Part shown: piece by piece, positions 48,421 through 57,881 of the stretch | Layout: every line of letters starts with the position of its first letter | Numbering within the stretch: the stretch's first letter is position 1 | From: Rubripirellula sp. | GTDB lineage: Bacteria; Planctomycetota; Planctomycetia; Pirellulales; Pirellulaceae | Assembly: GCA_965216875.1 (NCBI GenBank) | Contig: OZ244207.1 | Location: forward strand, 2,112,001 to 2,176,000 | Reading direction: 5' to 3' | DNA length: 64,000 nucleotides | Notes under the pieces: model-generated | Database searches by the model: none | What the model was told of the DNA's origin: nothing | The model's input: the letters and a program-made list of their open reading frames with translations, nothing else | Made by a program: the position numbers and the translations under genes

Positions 48421-48693
48421 GAATCAGAAATCCGAAAGGAGCATTTGCTAGCGTGAGAGACTCTATTCTGCTTGCAAACGACAGGGAGGCGGGAAAACTC
48501 ATGGCGGCGAAGCGATGAGTGCAAGTTTGGTAGGCTGATTGCCTATGATATCAACATCAAGGGCAGGCGAGTTTCATCTTGCTGTTTTCACGGCTCGCCG
48601 ATACCCTTCAACGATGACATTGGCAGGTCGCGGAGGATCCGTTTCCAATTGCCAATCGCCTCAATAGGGACGGACCACCAGGGAGGGTGTGGC

Positions 48694-50340
48694 GTGTTAA
48701 GACGACGGTCGATCCGCACGAAGATCATTGTTGCGTTATCCGTTCTCTCAACGATTGTCCTGCTGCTTGCTGGAAGCAGCTTCTGGGGACTCTACGGCAA
48801 TCAGGCCACCGCGAACAAAATCTTCGCGCTGTCAACCGAACTGCAAAACGCGAGTTTTCTGGCCAGCAGCGCTGGAGGCCTGATTCAAAGCAATCAAGAT
48901 TTGATCACCGAACTCAGAGATGAGGGGATGATCGACACCTCAGATGCTTTTTTCGAGAAGCAGAGCTTCAAGTTTCATTTGGAACGCCTCAATGACGTGC
49001 TCACCCAATATGAGCAAATGCTGAAGCGTGACGAGAACGCTGACTCCGACGCTTTGCCATCGCGACCTGCGATAACGAAAATGCGACGGCTTTGCGACAA
49101 CATCACATGGTTGCATGAGTTTCGTCCACAAGTTTCCGGTGAACGCCTCAAGATCGATCAGGAACTCCAAATACTCGAAGCGACTGCGAGTGAGAATGTC
49201 AATGCGGTCCAGAGCGAGCTAAGTAGCCTTCGGGGAAAAGTAAAGGCAAGCTATCGAAAATTCGCCACCGTGGCGTGGGGTTGTGCTTTATTGGCGCTCG
49301 CATTGGTTGGCGTGCTGCTCTGGTCGCTCAACTCGCTTGTTGTCAAACCGTTTCGAACGCTTCTCGATGGCTCTCGGCTGGTAGCTGGCGGCGAATTTGA
49401 TCACCGCATTGATCTGGGTACCGGCGACGAGTTAAGTGAACTGGCGGTCGCGATGAACGAAATGACCGACCGTTTTCAGAACGCACTCAACAAGCTTAAT
49501 GCGGTTTGCAATGACCTCGATCAACAAGTTCGTGACAGAACTCGGGAAGTGATTCGAAACGAACAACTGGCCAGCGTTGGTTTCTTGGCCGCAGGCGTTG
49601 CACACGAGATCAACAACCCACTCGCATCGATCGCTTGGAGTGCCGAGTCGCTTGAGTCGCGCATCGGCGAAATCGCACACCTCCCTTCGGGGCAACGTTT
49701 GATCGACGACGAACTTTCCGAGGCGCTTGCAAAGAACTTGCGGCGTATCGAGGAAGAAGCGTTTCGCTGCAAAGGCATCACTGAACAACTGCTTGACTTC
49801 AGTCGTCTGAGTGAAGTTCGTCGCACACCAACCGACCTGGGTGCCCTCGTCCAAGACGTCGTGACGTTGGTCGGTAATGTTGGCAAGTACCGCTGCAAAA
49901 CCGTTGAAGTGGTTTGCCCGAGCGATGTGGTGGCGCATGTGAATAGCCAGGAGATTCGCCAAGTGGTTCTTAACCTGGTGACGAACGCACTCGAAAGTGT
50001 TGGCACCGATGGTCAAGTCGACGTCCACGTTTCGAGTGACGATTCGTTTGCGGTCGTGCGGATCTCGGACAATGGTTGCGGGATGAGCGACGAAGTGTTG
50101 ACACACTTGTTCGAACCCTTCTTCACCCGTCGAAAAGATGGCACGGGAACGGGACTCGGTTTGAGCATCACCTATCGAATCGTTTCGCAACATGGCGGAT
50201 CACTGATTGCCTCGAGTGACGGTGAAGGCTGTGGCGCCACGATGGAAATTCGTTTGCCGCTGCAACCCATTTCGGGTGACCCAACCAAACCAGCATCCGG
50301 TGGGCATGTCCGTATTCATGGACAACCTCTGATTGCGTGA
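48694..50340 (+). CDS. HAMP-domain sensor histidine kinase
   Basis: Two TM helices, HAMP, H-box AHEINNPL, N-box NLVTNA, DNGCG, FEPFFT, GTGLGL; GTG start after GGAGG. Confidence 0.93.
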   Translation: MLRRRSIRTKIIVALSVLSTIVLLLAGSSFWGLYGNQATANKIFALSTELQNASFLASSAGGLIQSNQDLITELRDEGMIDTSDAFFEKQSFKFHLERLNDVLTQYEQMLKRDENADSDALPSRPAITKMRRLCDNITWLHEFRPQVSGERLKIDQELQILEATASENVNAVQSELSSLRGKVKASYRKFATVAWGCALLALALVGVLLWSLNSLVVKPFRTLLDGSRLVAGGEFDHRIDLGTGDELSELAVAMNEMTDRFQNALNKLNAVCNDLDQQVRDRTREVIRNEQLASVGFLAAGVAHEINNPLASIAWSAESLESRIGEIAHLPSGQRLIDDELSEALAKNLRRIEEEAFRCKGITEQLLDFSRLSEVRRTPTDLGALVQDVVTLVGNVGKYRCKTVEVVCPSDVVAHVNSQEIRQVVLNLVTNALESVGTDGQVDVHVSSDDSFAVVRISDNGCGMSDEVLTHLFEPFFTRRKDGTGTGLGLSITYRIVSQHGGSLIASSDGEGCGATMEIRLPLQPISGDPTKPASGGHVRIHGQPLIA

Positions 50341-50395
50341 ATCGGTTCGAGAGGATTCGAATCGAACGACTACGACTGAATGGAATCTCATTTCT

Positions 50396-51781
50396 ATGAT
50401 TGACAAGACGCAGCCAAGTAAAGCTGGTGCGATGCACATCCTGTTCGCCGATGACGAGCGAAACCTCCAGGAAGTGCTAAAGACAGAAATCCCGCGTATG
50501 GGGCACACCGTGACCGTGTGCCCAGACGGGATGACGGCAGTCGCCGCAATGGAGAAAGAACCATTCGATTGCTTGTTGGTCGATCTCGACATGCCCGGCA
50601 TGAGCGGCATCGAGGTGATCGAGAAAGCTGCGCAAATACGCCCAGACATGGAAGCGGTCATCATGACAGGCAAGCCAAGTCAGGAGACGGCGATTGCGGC
50701 GCTGCGGTATCAGGTGTTTGACTATTTGACGAAACCGTGTCGCCTGGCTGATTTGGCAGGGCTTCTAGGGCGCGTCAACGAACGACGGCAAACCAAACGA
50801 AAACTCGCAGCACTCAACCATCGCCTCCGACGCGCTGAGGGCGATACCAAGTTGGTTGGGAACGGTGCCGAGATGGACGCGGTCCGAAAGCTCGTTTCCA
50901 AAGTCGCCCCCACCGAAAGCACCGTCCTGATTCGCGGCGAAACCGGTTGCGGCAAAGAACTGGTCGCCCGCGCCGTGCACGAAGAGAGCTTGCGCAGCGA
51001 ACAACCGCTCGTCGCGATCAACTGCGGAGCCCTTCCCGAGAATCTGATTGAAAGCGAGTTATTCGGTCACTGCCGCGGTGCGTTCACGGGTGCCGAAGCA
51101 GCGCGGACGGGGCTGTTTGAAGTTGCCGATGGCGGCACGATCTTTTTGGATGAGATTGGAGAACTGCCCCTTTCGATGCAGGCGAAACTGCTGCGTGTGC
51201 TCGAGACGGGCGACATTCGTCGGCTCGGTGACAATCAAACGGTCAACGTTGATGTGCGAGTCGTCTGCGCGACCCACCGCGACCTTGAAGCGATGGTCGA
51301 AGAAGGTACCTTTCGCGAAGACTTGATGTTCCGGATCAACACGTTTGAGATTCACGTTCCACCACTGCGCAATCGCATCGAAGACCTCCAGCCACTCGCC
51401 GAATACCTGTTGCGACGCCATCGAGTCGACGGAACCGAAGGCAACCTCTTCACCTCAGACGCAATGGAACAGTTGAAGGCTCACCGATGGCCCGGAAACG
51501 TGCGTGAGCTAGCTAACGTCGTTGAGCACGCGGCGATTCTATGCGAGTCGTTGCCGGTCGACCCGTCAGACCTGCCACAGCATTTTGGCCGAAGGCAACT
51601 TCGAAAAGAGCTTCGCGAAAGTGAGCCAATGAGTTTGCGGGAAATCGAGTCGGCCGCGATCGCACGCGCCATCGAACGTCATGAAGGCAACAAAAAAGCC
51701 GCGGCAGCCGAGCTGGGTGTTAGCCTCAAGACACTTTACAACAAAGTAAACGCCGCCGAAGAACGCAAAGCAGCTGGCTAA
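50396..51781 (+). CDS. NtrC-type sigma-54-dependent response regulator
   Basis: Receiver [38 protein letters not shown], Fis-type HTH. Confidence 0.95.
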   Translation: MIDKTQPSKAGAMHILFADDERNLQEVLKTEIPRMGHTVTVCPDGMTAVAAMEKEPFDCLLVDLDMPGMSGIEVIEKAAQIRPDMEAVIMTGKPSQETAIAALRYQVFDYLTKPCRLADLAGLLGRVNERRQTKRKLAALNHRLRRAEGDTKLVGNGAEMDAVRKLVSKVAPTESTVLIRGETGCGKELVARAVHEESLRSEQPLVAINCGALPENLIESELFGHCRGAFTGAEAARTGLFEVADGGTIFLDEIGELPLSMQAKLLRVLETGDIRRLGDNQTVNVDVRVVCATHRDLEAMVEEGTFREDLMFRINTFEIHVPPLRNRIEDLQPLAEYLLRRHRVDGTEGNLFTSDAMEQLKAHRWPGNVRELANVVEHAAILCESLPVDPSDLPQHFGRRQLRKELRESEPMSLREIESAAIARAIERHEGNKKAAAAELGVSLKTLYNKVNAAEERKAAG

Positions 51782-51818
51782 GAGCGCGACGCCCGTACAC
51801 ACATACAGCCCTAAACGC

Positions 51819-51852
51819 AAAAACAGTGGCCAGGTATTTACCGGGCCACTGT
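51819..51852 (-). terminator. intrinsic terminator downstream of lexA (possibly bidirectional)
   Basis: ACAGTGGCC/GGCCACTGT stem followed by a T5 run on the minus strand, between convergent genes. Confidence 0.65.
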
Positions 51853-51890
51853 CTTGTGCGAAGGATTGCAGCTGGGTGGGGACTTGTGGT

Positions 51891-52490
51891 CTACATGCCC
51901 GTGCGAACGACACCAACGGCAACACCGATGACCTGAGCTTCTTTCACAAAGATCGGGTCCATTGCGGAATTGGCTGGCTGCAAACGAATGTAATCTCGTT
52001 CGGGGTACCAGTACTTGAGGGTTGCTTCACCATCAGGTGTTTGAGCAACCACCATATCACCGGGATCAGCGGTTTCTTGTTTTTCGATGACGACATAGTC
52101 ACCATCTTTGATGTGTGCATCGATCATCGAGTCGCCCGAGACTTGAAGGATGAATCGATCGTCTTTGAAAAACATCTCGCTGAAATCGACTCGGTCATTC
52201 TGTTGGAATGCGAGTGTGGTTTGGCCGGCTGCGACCAAACCGGCCATGGGTAATGAATGGCCGCTGCGATCTGCCGCTTGCGTTAACTCAATCGCTCGCG
52301 ACTTATTCGGACTTCTCCGAATCAGCCCCTTACGTTCGAGCGCCCGCAAATGACACATCACTCCATTCGGACTCTTGATTCCGAAATGTTCACCAATCTC
52401 ACGCACCGTCGGGCCGTAGCCACGTTTGACGATGAGCGAGCGGATCATTTCGTAAACATTTTGTTGCCGATCTGTGAGTTGACTTGGCAT
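51891..52490 (-). CDS. lexA: SOS repressor LexA
   Basis: LTDRQ, GYGPTVREIG, HLRALERKG, VAAG cleavage site, GDSM Ser, TLK Lys. Confidence 0.96.
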   Translation of the reverse strand: MPSQLTDRQQNVYEMIRSLIVKRGYGPTVREIGEHFGIKSPNGVMCHLRALERKGLIRRSPNKSRAIELTQAADRSGHSLPMAGLVAAGQTTLAFQQNDRVDFSEMFFKDDRFILQVSGDSMIDAHIKDGDYVVIEKQETADPGDMVVAQTPDGEATLKYWYPERDYIRLQPANSAMDPIFVKEAQVIGVAVGVVRTGM

Positions 52491-52548
52491 CTGCTAGGAC
52501 CCTTTTACAAGGATGTGGCGGGGGGGGTACGTCTAGGCAGTGGGGTCG

Positions 52549-52576
52549 ATTGTACCACACGCTAAACACGCGTCCA
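52549..52576 (-). promoter_or_regulatory. candidate lexA promoter with overlapping palindrome
   Basis: Minus strand: TGGACG, 16 nt, TACAAT with extended TG; imperfect palindrome TGGAC-N4-GTTTA at 52563-52576. Confidence 0.5.
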
Positions 52577-52637
52577 CACAATTCCCCCGAATCCTGGGGC
52601 CCGGGCCAAGAATCCTAGGCCGGGGCCAAAGCACACC

Positions 52638-53447
52638 CTACGCCAAGTCCAAAGCGAAAAGCACGATCACGGCCAAACCGGCCGGGATGCACCACCATGC
52701 GAACCAGTGCAAACGGTCAAGTCGGCTCCATTTTTTGAGCCACACGAGGGCGAAAATCCCGACAAAGAACGAGACAAACGCACCAATTGCGAGTTCCGTC
52801 GACGAGTAGGCCATCGGGGTTCCCGCCGCTCTTGATTCGAGCAGGTCCTTGGCCTCGAGCACCGTGGCTCCGAGGATCGCGGGGATCGCCAACAGAAACG
52901 AAAAGGTGACGGAATCTTCGTTTTTTAGACCGAGCAGCCGTCCGCCAAGAATCGTCGAACCACTTCGGCTGACGCCCGGCAAGATCGCGAAAGCCTGGAA
53001 GCAGCCAATCGCAAAGGCCGACGAGAGCGACAGACTCTGGTAGCTTCCCTCCCGTTTGGTCAGTCGTCCCAACACGATCAACATCCCGCCGGTGACGATC
53101 AGCATCGCGCCGGCAAGAATCGGCTCGCGCAAGATCCACTCGAACTGAGTCTTGATCGTCAGTCCTAAAATGACCGCAGGGATCGTTCCGACCACGATCG
53201 CCGGAATCACACGGCGGTCGCTCTTGAGCAGATCGAGAATCTGGCGCCAGTAGATCAACAGGATCGAGCCGAGCGTGCCCGCATGAAGAATGATCTCCAG
53301 CGTCGGCGATTCACTCAGCTCGCCCATCAAGGCCCCAAGGATCACCAGGTGCCCGGACGAACTGACCGGCAGGAACTCAGCAATCCCCTGGACGATAGCG
53401 AGAATCACAACGTCAAGCACTGTGGGGACCGTTTCAAGCGAGACCAT
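52638..53447 (-). CDS. uppP: undecaprenyl-diphosphate phosphatase (BacA)
   Basis: QGIAEFLPVSSSGH and PGVSRSGST signatures; multi-TM. Confidence 0.95.
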   Translation of the reverse strand: MVSLETVPTVLDVVILAIVQGIAEFLPVSSSGHLVILGALMGELSESPTLEIILHAGTLGSILLIYWRQILDLLKSDRRVIPAIVVGTIPAVILGLTIKTQFEWILREPILAGAMLIVTGGMLIVLGRLTKREGSYQSLSLSSAFAIGCFQAFAILPGVSRSGSTILGGRLLGLKNEDSVTFSFLLAIPAILGATVLEAKDLLESRAAGTPMAYSSTELAIGAFVSFFVGIFALVWLKKWSRLDRLHWFAWWCIPAGLAVIVLFALDLA

Positions 53448-53611
53448 TTACTGGGAAAGCAACATTGCCGGAGCGTCATTGTTGCGAGTGTTCTGGCAAT
53501 CGTCAGGACGCCACACCAAATTTCGTTGGCGTCTGGCACATGCGCATTGGCAATGTATCCTTGGCGTGGATTGGCCATCTTTCCCCCAACACTAGCTTCA
53601 CTTGAAATCGG

Positions 53612-54646
53612 ATGAGACCCTCGATGGAGTCATCAGAGACCAGTGCGGAAAACGCAGCGTCGAATGAAGGCGTCGATTCGAATATGTCGGTTGCGCCGGT
53701 CCGCACAGCCAATCTCGCGGGCGACCTGACCAACGTGATCCGTGGCTTCTGTATGGGAGCAGCGGATACGGTGCCGGGAGTCAGTGGTGGCACCATCGCA
53801 TTGATTTTGGGCCACTACCAACGGCTCGTCACCGCGATCAGCAAGGTCGACAAACGACTCTTCCAACTCGCATCATCGCGTCAGTTTTCTGAGGCCGCGA
53901 ACCATATCGACCTCCGTTTTCTGATCGCGCTGGGGATCGGCGTGGTAACGGGAATCGTGACCCTTGCCGGGTTGATGCACGAGCTGCTCGATCACCACAC
54001 GTTCAAAACATTTGCCGTCTTCTTCGGCTTGATCCTGGCTAGCGTTTGGATTGTCAAAGGCTACATCAAGCAGTGGACCATCGGTCGCGGTGTCGCTTGC
54101 GTGATCGGCATCATCGCCGCCGCCGCCATCTCCTTCTTGCCGACCGCATCCGAATCACTCTCGCTGCCCTATCTGTTCTTTGCCGCTTCCATCGCCATTT
54201 GCGCGATGATCTTGCCGGGGATCTCGGGCGCCTTTGTGTTGCTTCTTTTCGGGATCTACCATCCGATCACCGGTCTGATCAAGAACGCCGTCAAAGGGGA
54301 GATCACGGCCGAAGGACTCATTCAAATCGTCACCTTTGCCTCCGGCTGCTTGTTTGGCCTGCTCGCTTTCTCGCGGCTGCTGCGTTGGCTGCTCGAGCAC
54401 TACAAAGACACCACGATGGCGTTGCTGATGGGTTTGATGATCGGCAGTATCGCGAAACTCTGGCCACTGCAATCAGCGACATCGGATACGGCGGGACTCG
54501 AATTCAAGTTACGCGAATTCCAATACGTCTCGCCCGCCCATTTCGATGGCAGCGTCTTGCTGCTGGTCGCACTGACCGTCGCCTCCGCAGCGATCGTGTT
54601 GATCGCCGAATGGATCGCCTCGCGAGGGGCAAGTGAGGAAGGCTAG
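53612..54646 (+). CDS. DUF368 membrane protein (undecaprenyl-phosphate translocase family)
   Basis: MGAADTVPGVSGGTIA and AMILPGISGA repeats; multi-TM. Start uncertain. Confidence 0.9.
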   Translation: MRPSMESSETSAENAASNEGVDSNMSVAPVRTANLAGDLTNVIRGFCMGAADTVPGVSGGTIALILGHYQRLVTAISKVDKRLFQLASSRQFSEAANHIDLRFLIALGIGVVTGIVTLAGLMHELLDHHTFKTFAVFFGLILASVWIVKGYIKQWTIGRGVACVIGIIAAAAISFLPTASESLSLPYLFFAASIAICAMILPGISGAFVLLLFGIYHPITGLIKNAVKGEITAEGLIQIVTFASGCLFGLLAFSRLLRWLLEHYKDTTMALLMGLMIGSIAKLWPLQSATSDTAGLEFKLREFQYVSPAHFDGSVLLLVALTVASAAIVLIAEWIASRGASEEG

Positions 54647-54674
54647 ATAGCCAATCGGAATTCATACAGTTCAA

Positions 54675-54827
54675 CACCCTCCCTCCGGGAGGGTCGCGAG
54701 GAACGAGCGGGGAGGGGCATCAGCATCGAAACGAAATCTCCCCTCTTCGTAGGTCATGCTCCGCGTGACGGGCGTGTCCATGACAAGCCAACGGAGTGTA
54801 AGGCCCGACGCTAGCCCGTTCGGCTCA
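54675..54827. repeat. cluster of three REP-like elements between convergent genes
   Basis: 54675-94 equals 295-314; GTAG element at 54749; 54802-27 matches 1764-89 with one mismatch. Confidence 0.75.
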
Positions 54828-54855
54828 CGAGTTGGCGAGCGTAGTTACGAAAGGA

Positions 54856-56190
54856 TCAACGCCCTGAAAAGGCTCGTTTCAATTCGTCGAGACTGGACAA
54901 GCCTCGGGCCACGGTCAGGACCGCTTCGGCCTGAATGCCTCGATGCCCCTCGCTCTTGGCAATTCGTGCCAGTGATCCCAAGTCTTGCGTTTGCGCCAGT
55001 GCGGCGCGCAGCTGATCGCCGGGGGTCAACAATTCAAAGACCGCGATGCGCCCAAAGTAGCCGCGGCCGCCACAGATGTGGCAAGGAATGATCGGCGCGG
55101 GACGTCCGTTTTCATCCACCTGCTGTTCGATCGGTGGCGGAATAAACGGTTGGTACAGCATCGCGACGCGTCCGGCAGGAATGCCGAGTTGGCGCAACAA
55201 CTGCGGTGGTGGCTCGTAACCCAGTTTGCAGTTATCGCAAAGTCGGCGAACCATTCGTTGACTCAAGACCGCGCCGACCTTCTGGATGATTTGCGCCGCG
55301 CAACTTGGGTACTGGGCAATCAATTGAACCAGTGCTTCCATCGCACTATTGGCAACCGAACGCATGTAGATCTGTTTCTGCGTCTTCTCGACGTTTTCGA
55401 CTGCGAGGTTCATCGTTTCCGCATCAGGAAACTCAGGGAACACCATCACGTCAGGCTCCTTGAGCAATGCCTTGCTCAAGACTTCGACTTGCGTCATGCC
55501 GGTATCGCCGCCAAAGAAGACGGGGTTGATGTTGATGATTTCCGTTTCGGGGTTGGCCTGATTTTCGAACGACTGAAAATCGCGAACCAAACGGTCGGCT
55601 GCATTGACGGCGACCGTCCACGTGGTGCTAAGGCCCTCGCCCTTGGGTGCGGTGATCAGAACGATGTTGCCGGCGCTATCAAGCTGCTGCTTGAACGTCT
55701 CGTACATCTTGTCGCGCATTCCAAGGTCTGCCATTTTCTCAAACGGCAGCTTCTTGTTTTCGATTTTTCCGAGGACCCGTTCGCCAGTCGGAACACCCTG
55801 AGATTGAATGGTCAATTCAAACTTATCTTTGGCGATCTTTAGATCCATCTTCCCAGTCTGAGCACTCCGGCGATCAGCTGGGTTCATCAAGCAAAGCTGC
55901 TTGAGAGCGTAAAGCATCGCGTCGCCCGTTTCGCGATCGATCGGCGGAAGCTGTTCCCAGTTACCGTCGATCTGGTACCGAATGGCGCAGGCATTTTGTG
56001 AATAGTCGAGCAAGATGTGCGTGGCGCGCGATTGAATCGCGTGGGCCAATTGACCTCCGGCAACCTGGTAACCAAGCCCCTGTCGTGCGGCGATCAACAG
56101 CGACTGAGCTTCGTTGCGCTGCTCGATATGTGGGACAAACTCACAGGGGGCGATGGTTTGCCAAAGCTGTACTTCTTCTTGTTGAGCCAT
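54856..56190 (-). CDS. GspE/PilB-family protein with degenerate ATPase motifs
   Basis: IRYQIDG, SQRMVRRLCDNC, CHICGGRGYFGRIAVFELL; Walker A reads APKGEGLSTT and Walker B reads PDVMVFPE. Confidence 0.85.
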   Translation of the reverse strand: MAQQEEVQLWQTIAPCEFVPHIEQRNEAQSLLIAARQGLGYQVAGGQLAHAIQSRATHILLDYSQNACAIRYQIDGNWEQLPPIDRETGDAMLYALKQLCLMNPADRRSAQTGKMDLKIAKDKFELTIQSQGVPTGERVLGKIENKKLPFEKMADLGMRDKMYETFKQQLDSAGNIVLITAPKGEGLSTTWTVAVNAADRLVRDFQSFENQANPETEIININPVFFGGDTGMTQVEVLSKALLKEPDVMVFPEFPDAETMNLAVENVEKTQKQIYMRSVANSAMEALVQLIAQYPSCAAQIIQKVGAVLSQRMVRRLCDNCKLGYEPPPQLLRQLGIPAGRVAMLYQPFIPPPIEQQVDENGRPAPIIPCHICGGRGYFGRIAVFELLTPGDQLRAALAQTQDLGSLARIAKSEGHRGIQAEAVLTVARGLSSLDELKRAFSGR

Positions 56191-56299
56191 TTGGGCGGGA
56201 AGGCCTTGTCGGTGATATGTCTAGATTGTGGAAGGGAAGTGATGACAGCAGGATTGCCGTGACTGGACTGAAGCGCCGTAACGGGGCCAGCCGCGGTGA

Positions 56300-57526
56300 C
56301 TAAAGAATACCGGGAGCTTTGACGTCGATTCCTTTGAGAGCCATTTTTAGGGCGTCTTTATTGGGAGCGACCGCAAATGCGGTCGGACGGTCGATCAATT
56401 CATCGTCGATCAGTCCCTTCAACGACATCGTAAAGTCTTGCATTCCCTCGTCTTCACCGATGCGAATCGCGTCAGGAAGCTTGTGGTCATCGCCCTCGAG
56501 TACCAGCTTTTGGATCATCGTGGTGAACATCATCACCTCGCAGGTGGGGACCCGCGAAACGCCCGGTTTGATACTCTTGAGCAACTTCTGGGCGATAATT
56601 CCCTTCATATTGAACGCGATCGCCGCACGAATTGCTCCATGCATTTCTTCGGGGAAGAGGTCGAGAATACGTCCGATCGTCGTCGAGGCACTCGACGCGT
56701 GGATCGTTCCGAAGACCAAGTGGCCCGTTTCCGCCGCGTGAATCGCCGTCATAAACGTCTCTTCATCACGAAGCTCACCGACCAGGATGATGTCGGGGTC
56801 TTCACGCACCGCATGCTTCATCCCGATCTCGAAATCCTTGACGTCCTGGCCGATTTCACGCTGGTTGATCAGGCACTTGTCTTGGGTATAGATGAACTCG
56901 ATCGGGTCTTCGAGCGTCAGGATGTGCTTGCGATAGATGCTGTTGATGTAGTTCAGCATCGATCCAATCGTCGTACTTTTACCTGACCCGGTCACGCCGG
57001 CAAGCAGCACCATGCCCTGGTCGAAGTGGCAAAGACTCTCGATCGAGTCGGGCAGGAAAAGACCGCGAAAGTCGGGAATCCAGTTGTTCACACGACGTGC
57101 AACCAGGCCGATGCTGCCGAGTGCTTTGAGCATGTTGACGCGAAATCGCCACTCAGTCCCGTCGACATCACAGGTGTGCGAAAAGTCGGCGCCCCCTTCT
57201 TCTTCGAAAATGTTCAGATTCCGTTCGTCCATCATGGGAATCAACAACTCGACCATTTCTTCGTTCTCAATCGGCGGTCGATTGAGTGCCTTGAGGTCAC
57301 CGCCCACACGCACCATCGGCGGTTGGCCAACTTTAAGGTGCAAGTCGGAGCCTTCGAGTTTGACCAGCGCGCGAAAGAGCTTGTCGACCTCGAGTTCTTC
57401 CTTCTTGTGCAGCAGCTCTGCTTTGAGTCGCGCTTTGACCGCTTCGGGACTCTTGTCCATGTTGGATGGGACGGATGCCACGGTGTGTGGGTGGCCGTGA
57501 GCGATCTCGGCGGGCTTATGCGACAT
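56300..57526 (-). CDS. PilT/PilU-family type IV pilus ATPase
   Basis: SDLHL, GVTGSGKSTT, LEDPIE, QREIG, REDPDIILVGE, AETGHLVFGTIH; lacks AIRNLIRE (reads MIQKLVLE). Confidence 0.92.
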   Translation of the reverse strand: MSHKPAEIAHGHPHTVASVPSNMDKSPEAVKARLKAELLHKKEELEVDKLFRALVKLEGSDLHLKVGQPPMVRVGGDLKALNRPPIENEEMVELLIPMMDERNLNIFEEEGGADFSHTCDVDGTEWRFRVNMLKALGSIGLVARRVNNWIPDFRGLFLPDSIESLCHFDQGMVLLAGVTGSGKSTTIGSMLNYINSIYRKHILTLEDPIEFIYTQDKCLINQREIGQDVKDFEIGMKHAVREDPDIILVGELRDEETFMTAIHAAETGHLVFGTIHASSASTTIGRILDLFPEEMHGAIRAAIAFNMKGIIAQKLLKSIKPGVSRVPTCEVMMFTTMIQKLVLEGDDHKLPDAIRIGEDEGMQDFTMSLKGLIDDELIDRPTAFAVAPNKDALKMALKGIDVKAPGIL

Positions 57527-57881
57527 ATCGATTGCGAACTTGATTAAAGGCTGAAGAGTGAGTGTGCTCGTCCAAAACGGTCGTCAAATCTGACCACGAA
57601 ACGCGGTCTTTTCTTTACTACCCATTCGGATGCCCGGAGGCTGGATTGGTCGATTCGGCAGGTGGGAACGGCAATTCAGCCGAATTTCCGGAGCGGAGCC
57701 GGATCCCAGTCACCGAATCTCCCTGTAGGCGGGCGGTGGTTTCGAACACACATAAGACTCGATTTTAGGCGAACCGTCAGAAGACTCAATGTGCCGAATC
57801 GCTGGGGGACCGTTTTGTGGGAAGCGGAGGCGGATTTGACGATTAAAGCGGTCCTGCGGCAGCCCGAAACTGTCGGCGAAA

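Noticed and set aside
52589..52629. About 20-nt imperfect direct repeat between uppP and the lexA promoter
   Set aside because: Only two copies and no further support; probably a local duplication.
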